From positions 128,001 through 192,000 of the forward strand of contig JBHLMN010000009.1 in the NCBI GenBank assembly GCA_048938105.1: DNA of 64,000 nucleotides. The letters run 5' to 3'. The stretch is from Promethearchaeota archaeon (GTDB taxonomy: Archaea > Asgardarchaeota > Heimdallarchaeia > Hodarchaeales > Hodarchaeaceae). Below are positions 48,346 to 58,980 of this stretch, one piece after another. The first letter of the stretch is position 1; every line of letters starts with the position of its first letter. A program made the position numbers and the translations under genes. A model generated the notes under the pieces. That model was not told the DNA's origin, made no database searches, and worked only from the letters and a program-made list of their open reading frames with translations.

Positions 48346-49158
48346 TCATTTATTCTTACGGAATTGTTCAGCAGCAACCAAAGCTCTTGTAGTATCCACT
48401 TTAACTTTCTTTTGAGCCCAAAATAAATCAATACCTCCTGCTAAAAGGGCACAAATGAAAAATGACCATACAAATGGATTGATTATTCCAATTAATAATT
48501 CAACTATCATTTTGGACCAGAGGATAATCAAAGAATACCCAAAAGAAATGAAAATATAGCTCATTGTATCAATATAAAGCCAGTTCTTTATCCATTCAAC
48601 CCCCGCAAACTCAATATACGCTCCAACAAAACAAGCAATAAACATTAAGCCCAAGCTGTTTGAAGCAAGAAAAGCAAGGAATGTAAAGATAACTCGGGCA
48701 AATAAAAAATATTGGTCTTTGCGTGTTTCTCCAAACTTCCATTCAAAAAAGAAAGTAGGCAGAATAAATACTACTCCAGGTAGAAATGCAGCCTCAGGGA
48801 GAGCTATGACCACTTTCCCAATATTATAAGTAAAAATGGAAACCATTCCCCACGCGAAGCCGACATACGCCGAGTAACCATAATTTGGATCCCATGGATG
48901 ATATTTCCACTTTTTAGAGTTAACGCCCCAATAATCGGTAATGTAACCTACTGTTAAACCAAAGAAGAAGAAAAACCATTCATCCCAACCTGGTTGTGCG
49001 ATGATACCATAACACACCATGTATATTGTGCCTAACACAAGACAGATCCAGTCATTCTGAGTTTTGTTATTTAACCATAAAACAAAGGGAACTCCAGCGA
49101 GAAAGAAGATTAGATTAAATAAAGGGATAAAAGGAGCGAGTTGAGTAAAAAGAACCAT
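48346..49158 (-). CDS. Multi-pass membrane protein with internal duplication (DUF2878-like)
   Basis: GYITDYWGVNSKKWKY and GAYIEFAGVEWIKNWLY repeats; hydrophobic. Confidence 0.7.
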   Translation of the reverse strand: MVLFTQLAPFIPLFNLIFFLAGVPFVLWLNNKTQNDWICLVLGTIYMVCYGIIAQPGWDEWFFFFFGLTVGYITDYWGVNSKKWKYHPWDPNYGYSAYVGFAWGMVSIFTYNIGKVVIALPEAAFLPGVVFILPTFFFEWKFGETRKDQYFLFARVIFTFLAFLASNSLGLMFIACFVGAYIEFAGVEWIKNWLYIDTMSYIFISFGYSLIILWSKMIVELLIGIINPFVWSFFICALLAGGIDLFWAQKKVKVDTTRALVAAEQFRKNK

Positions 49159-49398
49159 TATATTATCACTTCAAAAGGAACAATAATTTTAATATAGTTT
49201 CTGATTGTTCTAAAAGCATTCAACCAACCTGATAAATCTATCTAAGATTTTTCGATAATAGTACTAGTCATGAAATTTGCAATGAATAACAATAGAAAGT
49301 CACCAGTAATTTATACCTTAGAATTCTTATTTCATAGGGTGGTCAATTTAAGTAACTAGTAAAAACATTGTTTCAGATCAATTGATCAGGATCATTCT

Positions 49399-49752
49399 TT
49401 GGGGATGATAAATGTGGCCCGAATAATCGATGAGAAAGAATTTGCAGACATTATTAAGACTAATACACAATCGAATTCATCCCGGCCCTTAGTTGTGGAT
49501 TGTTTTACCGATTGGTGTCCCCCATGTAAAGCAAGTGCTCCTATCTTTGAGCAATTTAGTCAGAAATATACTGAAGCCGATTTTGTGAAAATAAATGTAG
49601 ATAAAAACCAGGGAGTAGCTATAAAATTACGGGTTCAAGGTGTCCCAACTTTTGCAATAATAATAGGTAATAGATTAGTTTCTAAGATTGTAGGTGCAGA
49701 TATGAGAAAACTGGAGAGAGAAATTAAAAAAGCAATTAATGGAAAAGAATAA
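49399..49752 (+). CDS. trxA: Thioredoxin
   Basis: WCPPC active site, KINVD, VPTF; start may be GTG 49414. Confidence 0.92.
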   Translation: MGMINVARIIDEKEFADIIKTNTQSNSSRPLVVDCFTDWCPPCKASAPIFEQFSQKYTEADFVKINVDKNQGVAIKLRVQGVPTFAIIIGNRLVSKIVGADMRKLEREIKKAINGKE

Positions 49753-50119
49753 ATAATTTTCCCGTTAAAATCTCCGATATGTTGAATATTCTAATCGGTC
49801 TATTGTTTTATTTTCTAATTTCCAATTAAATCTTAAATTATTTCTTCTTTCCCAACTATTTTAAGTTTCAAAAGGATTAATTAGGTTTTAAGTGTTTTTC
49901 AGAAATAAGAAAAGTATTTTCGATCGTCTCGAGAATAGTATGATTTTATATGGATTTATACTTTATAAGAAAGAGGAGATAAATTTAAGATATCAAAAAC
50001 AAAATTGTTTCTCAACCACCTTATTAATTTCAAAAAAAATAGCTATCAAGTTCATTCATCAATGATCGATTAAGAATTAACTTCAGATAATCATTAAATT
50101 TCCTTATGAGGGCTAAGTT

Positions 50120-51016
50120 TTGGTTAGAGATTATTATGACGCTCTTGGAGTTTCTCGTGATGCAGATCTATCAGCAATCAAAAAAGCATATCGTAAGATG
50201 GCTTTGAAATACCATCCTGACAGAGCGAAGGACAGTGGAATGGATCCGAAGGCTGCAGAGGAAAAATTTAAAGAGATCTCTGAAGCTTATTCAGTCCTTT
50301 CAGATAAAGAAAAAAGAAAACAATATGATATGTTTGGACATGACGCTTTTTCACAATACGGACGAGGAGGGAAGGGGGGATTTAGGATGGATATTGATCC
50401 ATTTGAAATTTTTTCACAATTTTTTGGTGGGGATGATATTTTCTCATCTTTTGGAACAAGAGGATCACCATTTTCAAGCCGAGGAACTCCTTTCAGCAGA
50501 ACTCAACCACCACAAAGAGGTACAGATGTGAAAATCTCCCTTAACATTAAGATATCAGAGATTGAAGGGAGAACAACGAATTTGAAGAAAACTATTAGTC
50601 TAAAACGTAAATATCAGGATGGAACCGTTAAGAAAGAAAAAATCCGCATCCCAATTCCCTCAAACATTGAAAATGGAAAAGTATTGCGCATAGCTGGGAA
50701 GGGAAATCAGGGTAAAATGGGAGGGCCTTCTGGAGATTTATTAATTGAAATTTCCTTAATAGATGACATACTAGAGATACCTGTATCTGTTTTTTTGGCC
50801 ATTCGAGGTTCGGATCTTACGATCAAGACCCCTCTAGGGGATCAATTATCAGGAACTATTCCGAGAAATACGAGAGAAAATGCCATACTTACTTTTATTA
50901 CTGCTGATGGTCAGAGTAAGAAAGTTAGAGTGAAATATCGGTATCCAAAGACTCTATCAGAGAGTCAGGAAGATCTTTTAACAAAATTACTTGAGCTTGA
51001 TAGGAAGAAGGAATAA
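50120..51016 (+). CDS. DnaJ class B (CbpA-like) co-chaperone without zinc finger
   Basis: [22 protein letters not shown]-rich region, shortened C-terminal domain. Confidence 0.9.
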   Translation: MVRDYYDALGVSRDADLSAIKKAYRKMALKYHPDRAKDSGMDPKAAEEKFKEISEAYSVLSDKEKRKQYDMFGHDAFSQYGRGGKGGFRMDIDPFEIFSQFFGGDDIFSSFGTRGSPFSSRGTPFSRTQPPQRGTDVKISLNIKISEIEGRTTNLKKTISLKRKYQDGTVKKEKIRIPIPSNIENGKVLRIAGKGNQGKMGGPSGDLLIEISLIDDILEIPVSVFLAIRGSDLTIKTPLGDQLSGTIPRNTRENAILTFITADGQSKKVRVKYRYPKTLSESQEDLLTKLLELDRKKE

Positions 51017-51054
51017 ATTCATTCCATTTTAAACGTTTTTCCAGATTCAATTCC

Positions 51055-51393
51055 TTATTGCAGCTGGATTTTCGTTTTCGCTTTCTTTTGGGCTCTTATG
51101 ATGGTTTTTTTGCCTATCCTAGTTATAACATTATCAAATCCTTCTTCTATTATCTGCTTCATGGTAAATTGAAACGTGGGTTTGATGTTGTGAGCAAACT
51201 TCTTATCCACAAATAATAGAAGATATTTAACTGTAAAATTACCTAGATTCGTTTCAATTGTACGAGATAGAATCCCTATTCCTAAACCAGAATTATCTTG
51301 TGTGCTTTGTTCGCAATATTCCTTAATTTCTGGCCATTGATCAAAAGAGTCACCAATAATAGCCAAAGAAGTGACAAGATTGGTATATTTCAC
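51055..51393 (-). CDS. Hypothetical protein
   Basis: 112-aa ORF with AGGTGA SD upstream of GTG. Confidence 0.6.
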   Translation of the reverse strand: MKYTNLVTSLAIIGDSFDQWPEIKEYCEQSTQDNSGLGIGILSRTIETNLGNFTVKYLLLFVDKKFAHNIKPTFQFTMKQIIEEGFDNVITRIGKKTIIRAQKKAKTKIQLQ

Positions 51394-51601
51394 TTATTTC
51401 ACCTATCGACTAATTAATTGTAAATTAGTTGTAAATGATAATGTTTATAATTTCCAACACTGAAAAACATATATATATTAATTGACAAAATTAGTGATTT
51501 CCAAATATTTTTATCTATAACAAAAAAATTGATTTTGGAGCTATTAAATAGTAACTTTCAAAAAATGAAGAAAAAGTCATAACTAATAGGAGAAAAAAAA
51601 T

Positions 51602-51883
51602 ATGGTTAGACTAGTTTTTAAGAATAAATCATTTACAGAAGGTAGAGAGGAGGCAGGTGAAGCGGTTTTGTTTTTAGATGAAGCAACACAGTCAGGAAAA
51701 TTAGAATACTCACCCGAAGCTAGCTTAATTTTGCGTAGAACAGCACGTAGGCAAGCTGAAAGCATTTGTAAGTCGGGATTTTTATTAGCGACTGGAAAGA
51801 GAGTTGGAGCAGGATTCACCTTAGTTGATGAAGAAGACAAAATTGATGAACGTTTACTCCAAGAAGGACATAAGTACCGATAG
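51602..51883 (+). CDS. Hypothetical protein upstream of the Rab-like GTPase
   Basis: 93-aa ORF with AGGAG upstream. Confidence 0.6.
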   Translation: MVRLVFKNKSFTEGREEAGEAVLFLDEATQSGKLEYSPEASLILRRTARRQAESICKSGFLLATGKRVGAGFTLVDEEDKIDERLLQEGHKYR

Positions 51884-51911
51884 TTAACTGTTAAGATATA
51901 GGCAAACCTAA

Positions 51912-52451
51912 ATGGAAGCTATTACGTCAAAAATAGTCATGTGTGGGGATTTTGCAGTAGGGAAAACAACATTTGTCAAGCTGTTCTTAGGAGGAGAAAT
52001 AATAGGGGGTTATAAACCCACAATTGGAGTTGACATTGGCAGAAAAAATTTCAATATCAATCAAAGAAGAATTGTCTTCCAAATTTGGGATCTTTCAGGG
52101 CAACAATCATTTCAATCTATTAGACGCCAGTTTTACAGCCGAACAAATGGAGCAATCCTAATTTTCGATGTTTCTAGACGTGAAACTTACCAGAATATTC
52201 AAAATTGGACTGATGAGCTGATAGATCAGACGGGTAAATTGCCAATGGTGTTAGTTGGAAATAAAATAGATCTACGTGATCAAACTAGTGAGGCTGTGAC
52301 AACTGAAGAAGGAAAATTATTATCTGAAGTCATCTCAAATAAAATTGGAATACAAATACCCTTTGTCGAAGCTAGTGCTATTAATCAACAAAATAATTTG
52401 GAGCCTTTCATTCTTTTGGGAAAAACGATTCTCGAGCAATTTGACACATAA
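51912..52451 (+). CDS. Rab-like small GTPase
   Basis: GDFAVGKT, PTIGVD, IWDLSGQ, VGNKID, EASA; no C-terminal prenylation Cys. Confidence 0.93.
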   Translation: MEAITSKIVMCGDFAVGKTTFVKLFLGGEIIGGYKPTIGVDIGRKNFNINQRRIVFQIWDLSGQQSFQSIRRQFYSRTNGAILIFDVSRRETYQNIQNWTDELIDQTGKLPMVLVGNKIDLRDQTSEAVTTEEGKLLSEVISNKIGIQIPFVEASAINQQNNLEPFILLGKTILEQFDT

Positions 52452-52577
52452 TAAAATTATTTTTAACTAGGAAGTCATCGGAAGTAGATAAAAGGTTATT
52501 GAGTTTTTTTCAGGCATAGGGAGCTTTAAACTCAGCTATCTAGGAAAAGATATTTGAATTAAGGTAAGAATTACATT

Positions 52578-53483
52578 ATGGATTGTGTGATGAGTACATT
52601 TCGTATTTTAGTTCTTGCTGATATCCACGGAAACGTCAAAGCTGTTACTAAAATCATATCAATAATTCATAAAAGAAATTTAAGAATAGATTTGATTGTT
52701 ATTGCTGGGGATCTTCCTGAAACCACACCAATCCGTTTAATGCTCCAATATATATTAACTCATGGTAATCTATCCAAAACAAAATACACACGGTGGGTCT
52801 ATAAAGAACAAGGAAGACAAAAATTTGTCCAGATTCAGATAAAATCTATTAAAACCATCCTATCCTTATTAAGTTCTCTTGATGTGCCTATAATTTATGT
52901 ACCTGGTAATGTAGACAGTTATGAGGTGCAACAAATACTTAGCACCTGGCCCTCATCCGAACTAATTTTTCTAGCGGCTGAAATAACTCAAATCGGACCA
53001 TTAAGAATTTTGGGTTTTGGCGGATCATTATTTTCGCCAGATAGATATAAGCAACCATTGTGTGATATGGAATTCTATTCACATGATTTTTCAACCCGTC
53101 TAAAACCTTTATACAGGTTAAGTAAAACTACTGAATCTAATACAATTGATGTTCTAATCAGTCATGAACCACCAGCATTTCACTACAATACAACCATTGG
53201 TGACATAACAGGAGGTTCATCTTCGATTTCGAAATTTATAAATCATATAAAACCTAAAATAGTAATTTTTGGACATTATCATGAACTACCTCTCATAAAA
53301 AAAGCAAATAACATAATATATATAAATCCTGGACCGCTTACCTGTTATCATTTTGCTTTACTTGATATTGAAAAGAAACATATTCATGTAAGCCTAAAAA
53401 AGATGAATCCTGTTAGATTTGATTATAAAAATATGATATATAGTTACCGATCAATAAACATTCGAAATTTAGCGTTTGAATAA
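52578..53483 (+). CDS. Calcineurin-like metallophosphoesterase
   Basis: DIHG, GD, PGNVD, SHEPP, GHYH, NPG. Confidence 0.9.
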   Translation: MDCVMSTFRILVLADIHGNVKAVTKIISIIHKRNLRIDLIVIAGDLPETTPIRLMLQYILTHGNLSKTKYTRWVYKEQGRQKFVQIQIKSIKTILSLLSSLDVPIIYVPGNVDSYEVQQILSTWPSSELIFLAAEITQIGPLRILGFGGSLFSPDRYKQPLCDMEFYSHDFSTRLKPLYRLSKTTESNTIDVLISHEPPAFHYNTTIGDITGGSSSISKFINHIKPKIVIFGHYHELPLIKKANNIIYINPGPLTCYHFALLDIEKKHIHVSLKKMNPVRFDYKNMIYSYRSINIRNLAFE

Positions 53484-53525
53484 TGTATAATATTTTGGCT
53501 GAATTTTATAGTTAATTTCAATCTT

Positions 53526-54305
53526 TTATACTCGAACTGTTGTTTCCAAACGAATTCCTCGTCGATCTATCGTTACTGGAACTGAAATTGGTAAAAGGGT
53601 GCTTTTCCAAGATTTTTGGACTGCAAAATTAATTGCTATCTTCCCCCCACCAACACGACCAAATGATATATCAAACACGAAATCCGCCAAATGTGATGCG
53701 AGTACTTCAACAGCAGGACCATGTAAGTTTTTAACCATTAATATGAAGTGAATACCAGATCCACGCTCTCTTACAACGTGTTTTAAAGCTTCAATAGCTA
53801 TACTCACACTTTCAATGGAGTTACTACGAATTAATGATGAGATTGAATGAATACAAGTACATACCTTATCATGCAGAATTAGTTCAGGAATAAACACTCT
53901 AGTAAAGAACCGAAGTGAATCTTGTGCATACTCATCTCCTAAATCTACTCCAGGAACCGATTGTAACCCAATAACAGCTCCTTCAGCTGATATTCTTGCA
54001 GTAAAAGCGTCCATAAACTTCCATTTCTCACCAGCAACGATATATGGCTGAAGATTAAAATTATAGATCGCCATTTCTTCCACTATTTCTTTAGGCCGAC
54101 CATCATAAGACAAGTAGACAACTTTTTCAGTTGCTTCTGTTTTCAACATCTGAAATAGCACCTGTTGCGTGAATAATTCAAATTTAGTACCTGGTTCACC
54201 TAGTACAAGAATGACGCTCTTATTCGGAATTCCAGGGTTATCTTCCCCTCCGAGAAACATATCTAACGATAGAACACCTGTACGAATAGTCTGATTAGAT
54301 TCCAC
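53526..54305 (-). CDS. KaiC/RAD55-like RecA-fold protein with degenerate Walker motifs
   Basis: IRTGVLSLD..LGG..GIP, GEPGTKFE, LADFVF, GIRLET. Confidence 0.8.
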   Translation of the reverse strand: MESNQTIRTGVLSLDMFLGGEDNPGIPNKSVILVLGEPGTKFELFTQQVLFQMLKTEATEKVVYLSYDGRPKEIVEEMAIYNFNLQPYIVAGEKWKFMDAFTARISAEGAVIGLQSVPGVDLGDEYAQDSLRFFTRVFIPELILHDKVCTCIHSISSLIRSNSIESVSIAIEALKHVVRERGSGIHFILMVKNLHGPAVEVLASHLADFVFDISFGRVGGGKIAINFAVQKSWKSTLLPISVPVTIDRRGIRLETTVRV

Positions 54306-54508
54306 TTCTGATCACCTAATTCATTAATTACTTACTCGTTTTATAAGTATTAAAATTTTCTTTTTTTCAGCCTCTTTTTGGTGATGAACTTCTATGGCAA
54401 AGTAAATATTTAAGAGCAAAAGACATCTAATTTAACGTGATTTATCATTCTTTTGTTATCATGATGAATTTAAATTAAACATAAAAAAACACTAATGAGC
54501 GTCTAGAT

Positions 54509-55285
54509 ATGTATGATGTCGATCCATTAGCCCTACCTTTTGAATTCAAGGGATTTGGTCCTAAACGCGAGGTGGGTTGCCTTCTCCTTCATTCATTTAC
54601 TGCAAGTCCAAGCGAAGTTCGACCGTTAGGAGTATTTTTACGAAACTGCGGTTATTCAGGGATTGCACCATTATTACCCGGACATGGTAGTGTTCCAGAG
54701 GAGCTAAGACAAACTACTTGGTTAGACTGGTATTCAAATGCGAGGGAAGGGCTCTTTTATTTACTTCAGAATTATTCTAAGATTATTGTTATCGGGGTTG
54801 CTTTAGGGTCTGTTTTGGCAACAATGTTAGCTGCTTCTCCAGAGAGAGACCAAATTAATGGGTTAGTTCTCATATCTCCAAGTCAACATTCTCCATCAAC
54901 ATTAGTTAAAACAGTCTTACCATTTCTCAAGTTTGTGAAGAAGGACTTTTCAACCGTCTCGGATTTAGAAATGGAAATGATAAAGGTCTCTGGTGAGGAA
55001 CGAGAACAATTTTATTATACTAAAAGACCAACAGAATCATTGATCGAACTTTACAGAGTAATTGGGTTCACTAATCGGCGATTATCTCTCATTACTCAAC
55101 CAACTTTAATCATTCATAATGAGAATGATAGCCTTTCTCCAGATTTTATTTATGACAAATTAGTAAATTGCCCCTATAAAGAACGCTGGACTCATGAGAA
55201 AAGATCTCGTTGGTTTTTTTACTCTGAAGAAGCTCAACCAGCATTTGAAAAAATAGATTCTTTTTTAGAAAAATACTGTATTTAA
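54509..55285 (+). CDS. Carboxylesterase-like alpha/beta hydrolase lacking the catalytic Ser
   Basis: LLLHSFTASP, PLLPGHG, GVALG in place of GxSxG. Confidence 0.8.
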   Translation: MYDVDPLALPFEFKGFGPKREVGCLLLHSFTASPSEVRPLGVFLRNCGYSGIAPLLPGHGSVPEELRQTTWLDWYSNAREGLFYLLQNYSKIIVIGVALGSVLATMLAASPERDQINGLVLISPSQHSPSTLVKTVLPFLKFVKKDFSTVSDLEMEMIKVSGEEREQFYYTKRPTESLIELYRVIGFTNRRLSLITQPTLIIHNENDSLSPDFIYDKLVNCPYKERWTHEKRSRWFFYSEEAQPAFEKIDSFLEKYCI

Positions 55286-55332
55286 CTAAAATAAGACATA
55301 ATTAATATGAAAATTGAAGAAAAGACGATAGA

Positions 55333-56976
55333 TTATCTGAGTTTCTTAGGTAAAATTCGATAAAGTATTCCTACGAGAGGGGAACCCATCCAGAAGACGA
55401 AAGATAATGGAATAAAAGGAAAGAATCGGGGAATTCGAGTACCCCAGACTTTTCCTGGGTTAAATATACCTTGTGGATCGATTTCAGTTTTTAGTTGTTT
55501 CATTTTATGTAATTGTTGGCCATAAATCAAACCAGAATACGAACTAAACCAAAGACCACTACTGTATGGCCTGCCTTTCCAGCGACGAACTTTATGAATA
55601 ATATCAATAAACCTTAACCAGTGAAATGCATAAGTAAAAGAGCCAATAAGAGGTAATGACCAGCGTCTCATATCAACGGGGAACCATACAAACATTACAC
55701 TTAGGTGATCTGAAGTAGGAAGAATTTCTAACGCATATGATTCTTTTTCATAACGTTTAGATATTACCCCAATTATCTTCTCTAAGTAAATAGTAGGTAG
55801 GAGTATCTCTATTATTATTAGAAATGGTCCTCGACGTTTGAGCTTAATTGTATTGAATCTCTCATTCCAGAATTTCTTCCCCAGGTCATTTGATTGTTCA
55901 ACAAGCTGAAATTTATCTTTTATTTCATTGAATTCTCCTTGATTCCAGTCCTCCTCCAGAAAACTCATTGAAATAACGCCTCCAGTGCATTCTTGAGACC
56001 CCCCTAGTGATTGATTAGGTTTAGAATTCTTCCAAATCAGGTTATTATAATCATCATACCGTAAAAAGAATGGTAATAAACCTTGATACTCTGAGATTGC
56101 TTTCAATAGCTGGCTTTGGCGAGTAGAGGAGACAATTTTGTGAATCATTGTTGAATAATTCATTATTTTCAAAGTAACTTTCCAAAGAATACCTAACCTT
56201 CCGCAGCTACCGATGAACACTTCAGGATCTTCAAGTTGAAATTCTTTTCCCTCGGTTCCAATAATTGTGACATTTATCATACTCTCGTTAATACTCCCAA
56301 ATTTGGCTGACCCCACTCCCCAACCACCTTGAGTAACCCAACCACCAATTGTTGAGGATGGCGCAGATGAAGGATATGTTTTTAAAGTCTTCCCGTTGGA
56401 CTCTAGGAATTTGCGAAGATGTTCCCAAGTTATTCCACATTCGGCTTCAACTGTATCATTTTCCTCATCTATATCAATAATCTTGTCGAAGAGGGTCATG
56501 ATAACGATAATTCCGTTCTTAATAGGTAAAACACCTCCATAACCACTGGTTCCTGCACCACGGGGAATAAGAGGGATCTTGTATTTTTCACAAAGACTAA
56601 TAATTTCTTTCAATTCTTCAATATTCTTTGGCTGTATAACTGCGAGACAGTTAAAATTAAAGATGAAACGTGCGATTTTAGGAAGATCACCTACATCTCT
56701 GCTATAAAGGAGTTTCTCATATTTTTCGATAAAGACCTGCATTCCTGCTTCTTGAAAAGCTTTAAGATGAATGTGAATCTGATTTCGTTGACGTCTCAAT
56801 CCTAAGAAGTAGAAAAGCAGGATAACTAAACCCAGTAATGTTATGAATAATCCAATTAGGAGATACTCATGGCTCACAGATGATTCATATAGAAAAAAAG
56901 ACGGAATGACAAAATAGCCCAAAATGAACACTATTAGTAACATAAACCACATGAAAAGTGTATCATATGTGCGCAA
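55333..56976 (-). CDS. Membrane-anchored FAD-linked oxidoreductase (GlcD-like)
   Basis: Two N-terminal TMs; PRGAGTSGYGG, STIGGW, LKTEIDPQGIFNPGK. Confidence 0.88.
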   Translation of the reverse strand: MRTYDTLFMWFMLLIVFILGYFVIPSFFLYESSVSHEYLLIGLFITLLGLVILLFYFLGLRRQRNQIHIHLKAFQEAGMQVFIEKYEKLLYSRDVGDLPKIARFIFNFNCLAVIQPKNIEELKEIISLCEKYKIPLIPRGAGTSGYGGVLPIKNGIIVIMTLFDKIIDIDEENDTVEAECGITWEHLRKFLESNGKTLKTYPSSAPSSTIGGWVTQGGWGVGSAKFGSINESMINVTIIGTEGKEFQLEDPEVFIGSCGRLGILWKVTLKIMNYSTMIHKIVSSTRQSQLLKAISEYQGLLPFFLRYDDYNNLIWKNSKPNQSLGGSQECTGGVISMSFLEEDWNQGEFNEIKDKFQLVEQSNDLGKKFWNERFNTIKLKRRGPFLIIIEILLPTIYLEKIIGVISKRYEKESYALEILPTSDHLSVMFVWFPVDMRRWSLPLIGSFTYAFHWLRFIDIIHKVRRWKGRPYSSGLWFSSYSGLIYGQQLHKMKQLKTEIDPQGIFNPGKVWGTRIPRFFPFIPLSFVFWMGSPLVGILYRILPKKLR

Positions 56977-57204
56977 ATTAACTTTGCTCCAAAGAGAAGT
57001 GCAAATATATCTTTTTCAAGCTCTGATTGAATAGCACACTTTACCTGTACATAATTTAGATATTTTCGAACACCTTGTAAGAGGCTTTTAAAAACATTTG
57101 ATAACTACTTTGATTGATTAGATCAATTGATAAAAAAAAATAATATCGAATTAAGAGAAAAAAGATTTGATTAAAGGAATATAACATAGAGGTATCAGAT
57201 AATA

Positions 57205-57858
57205 ATGAAGAAATTATTTGTAAATCTTCGTAAAACTCAGTATATCATGTTTGATTTCGATGGAACCATCGTAGATTCAATGTCTTTTTTGGAGAATAAC
57301 GCAGTCTATCTTCTGACAAAATACTATGGATTTTCTGCTGAAGAAGCTCAGAAAAGCTATCGCGAAACAACTGGGCTTCCATTTATTCAACAAATGGAAA
57401 TTATCGCTCCAAAAAAAGATAATAGTAAAATAGTTGCTAAATTTGAGAAAATGAAGATTGAACGAATTTATGAACAACGACTATTTACAGATTCATACGA
57501 GGTACTTCGAGAACTGAAACAACGTGGATATAAAATAGGAATTTCTAGTGGTTCAATTGAGTCAATAATAACTAATTATCTTCAAAAATATGGATTAGAC
57601 ATAGTTGATGACATACTTGGCTGGCGACCTGGATTTGAGAAGGGTAAAGATCATTTTGAGTTTGTTTTATCAAAATATAATTTTTCTAGCTCAGACATTA
57701 TTTTTATTGGAGATTCACTTCATGACCTTAGAAGAGCTAAAATGAATGATATTTACTTTATAGGTAGAAAGGGAATGTTTCAAAAAGATGATTTTAAGCA
57801 AATTTTTCCTGAAATTATTGTGATTTCATCATTAACTGAGATTTTAAATCTACTTTAA
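57205..57858 (+). CDS. HAD-family hydrolase
   Basis: FDFDGTIVDS, SS, K, FIGDS..D. Confidence 0.92.
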   Translation: MKKLFVNLRKTQYIMFDFDGTIVDSMSFLENNAVYLLTKYYGFSAEEAQKSYRETTGLPFIQQMEIIAPKKDNSKIVAKFEKMKIERIYEQRLFTDSYEVLRELKQRGYKIGISSGSIESIITNYLQKYGLDIVDDILGWRPGFEKGKDHFEFVLSKYNFSSSDIIFIGDSLHDLRRAKMNDIYFIGRKGMFQKDDFKQIFPEIIVISSLTEILNLL

Positions 57859-57871
57859 GAATTGGTTTAAA

Positions 57872-58276
57872 ATGAAGCTTAACTCAAAATATATGATCGG
57901 ATTCAGTGTTATAATAGCCCTTAGTCTTGGTTTCTTTCTTTCAAGCCTCATAATTAACATTTCTCCATCACTTAGATTGTTAACGCTAGGAATTGTTACT
58001 ACAATAACTGGAATGATATTTATTGTTCTCTTATTTGCACCAGAAAGGATAAAAGGATATCAAGCTGAGTATGAGGCTTCCCCTGATTTAACAAACTTCA
58101 AAGTGGTAAAAGTTTACGCTGATAAGGTACAAGAACGACCAGAAATTCCAGAAGTTGCATTTTGCAGCGCTTGTGGAAAGAGGATTTTCAAACCATTTTA
58201 TTGTGCGAAATGTGGCCAGATCCTCTGTGGAACTCATTATCTTCCTGGTAGTCATACGTGCAAGGAGGAGTTATGA
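57872..58276 (+). CDS. Two-TM membrane protein with C-terminal AN1-type zinc finger
   Basis: CSAC-x8-CAKC-x4-C-x2-H-x5-H-x-C. Confidence 0.85.
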   Translation: MKLNSKYMIGFSVIIALSLGFFLSSLIINISPSLRLLTLGIVTTITGMIFIVLLFAPERIKGYQAEYEASPDLTNFKVVKVYADKVQERPEIPEVAFCSACGKRIFKPFYCAKCGQILCGTHYLPGSHTCKEEL

Positions 58277-58972
58277 ATGGATAAAAAGCCTGATTGGGAA
58301 AGTGATTTCACAAAAAAATCTATTCTTGATAGACTCCATCTATCTGTTCAAGAAATTTCAGAACTAGGAATTGGCTGGTTAATCACCAGTTTTGTTATTC
58401 TCTATTTAACTGGAAATATTTTTACTGTTATTCAAGAAGGGAAGATCCCAGATGAATTATTGATCTATCTATTTATCCTAGGTATTAGCTTTTTTGCTCA
58501 TGAATTATCTCACAAATTTATTGCTATAAAGTACGGTGCGAGAGCTTACTACAGGCTTAGTAAGGAAGCACTTTTTCTTACTTTAATCAGTGTTCTCATT
58601 GGTTTTCCAATTTTAGCAACTGGGGCCGTTTTTTGGTGGGGGGAAGCCACTGCATCTCAAGGTATTCGCGGTAGGGTCTCTGCATCTGGGCCAATAACTA
58701 ATTTCATTCTCGCAGGTTTATTTCTTACTCTACAAGGAATAGGATATTTAATGGTTTATGATGATACTATGATGACGTTAGGTGTACTGTTAATATTCAT
58801 CGGATTTGTGGGTGTTTCCTTGAATGTTTTTCTAGGAGTTTTTAATCTCCTTCCTATTGGAGTTCTAGATGGTGCCAAAGTATTAGCTTGGGATCCACGA
58901 ATTTGGATTTCTCTAATTGGGAGTCTACTTGTAATAGGTTTTTTTGGTGGTGGATTTTCCCTATTTCTATAA
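58277..58972 (+). CDS. Site-2 protease (M50) family intramembrane metalloprotease
   Basis: HELSH, SGPITN, FNLLPIGVLDG. Confidence 0.92.
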   Translation: MDKKPDWESDFTKKSILDRLHLSVQEISELGIGWLITSFVILYLTGNIFTVIQEGKIPDELLIYLFILGISFFAHELSHKFIAIKYGARAYYRLSKEALFLTLISVLIGFPILATGAVFWWGEATASQGIRGRVSASGPITNFILAGLFLTLQGIGYLMVYDDTMMTLGVLLIFIGFVGVSLNVFLGVFNLLPIGVLDGAKVLAWDPRIWISLIGSLLVIGFFGGGFSLFL

Positions 58973-58980
58973 AAGAAAAT

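Noticed and set aside
49753-50119. Long AT-rich gap, considered as replication origin or ncRNA
   Set aside because: No ORB-like repeats, no cdc6/orc gene nearby, no convincing structure.
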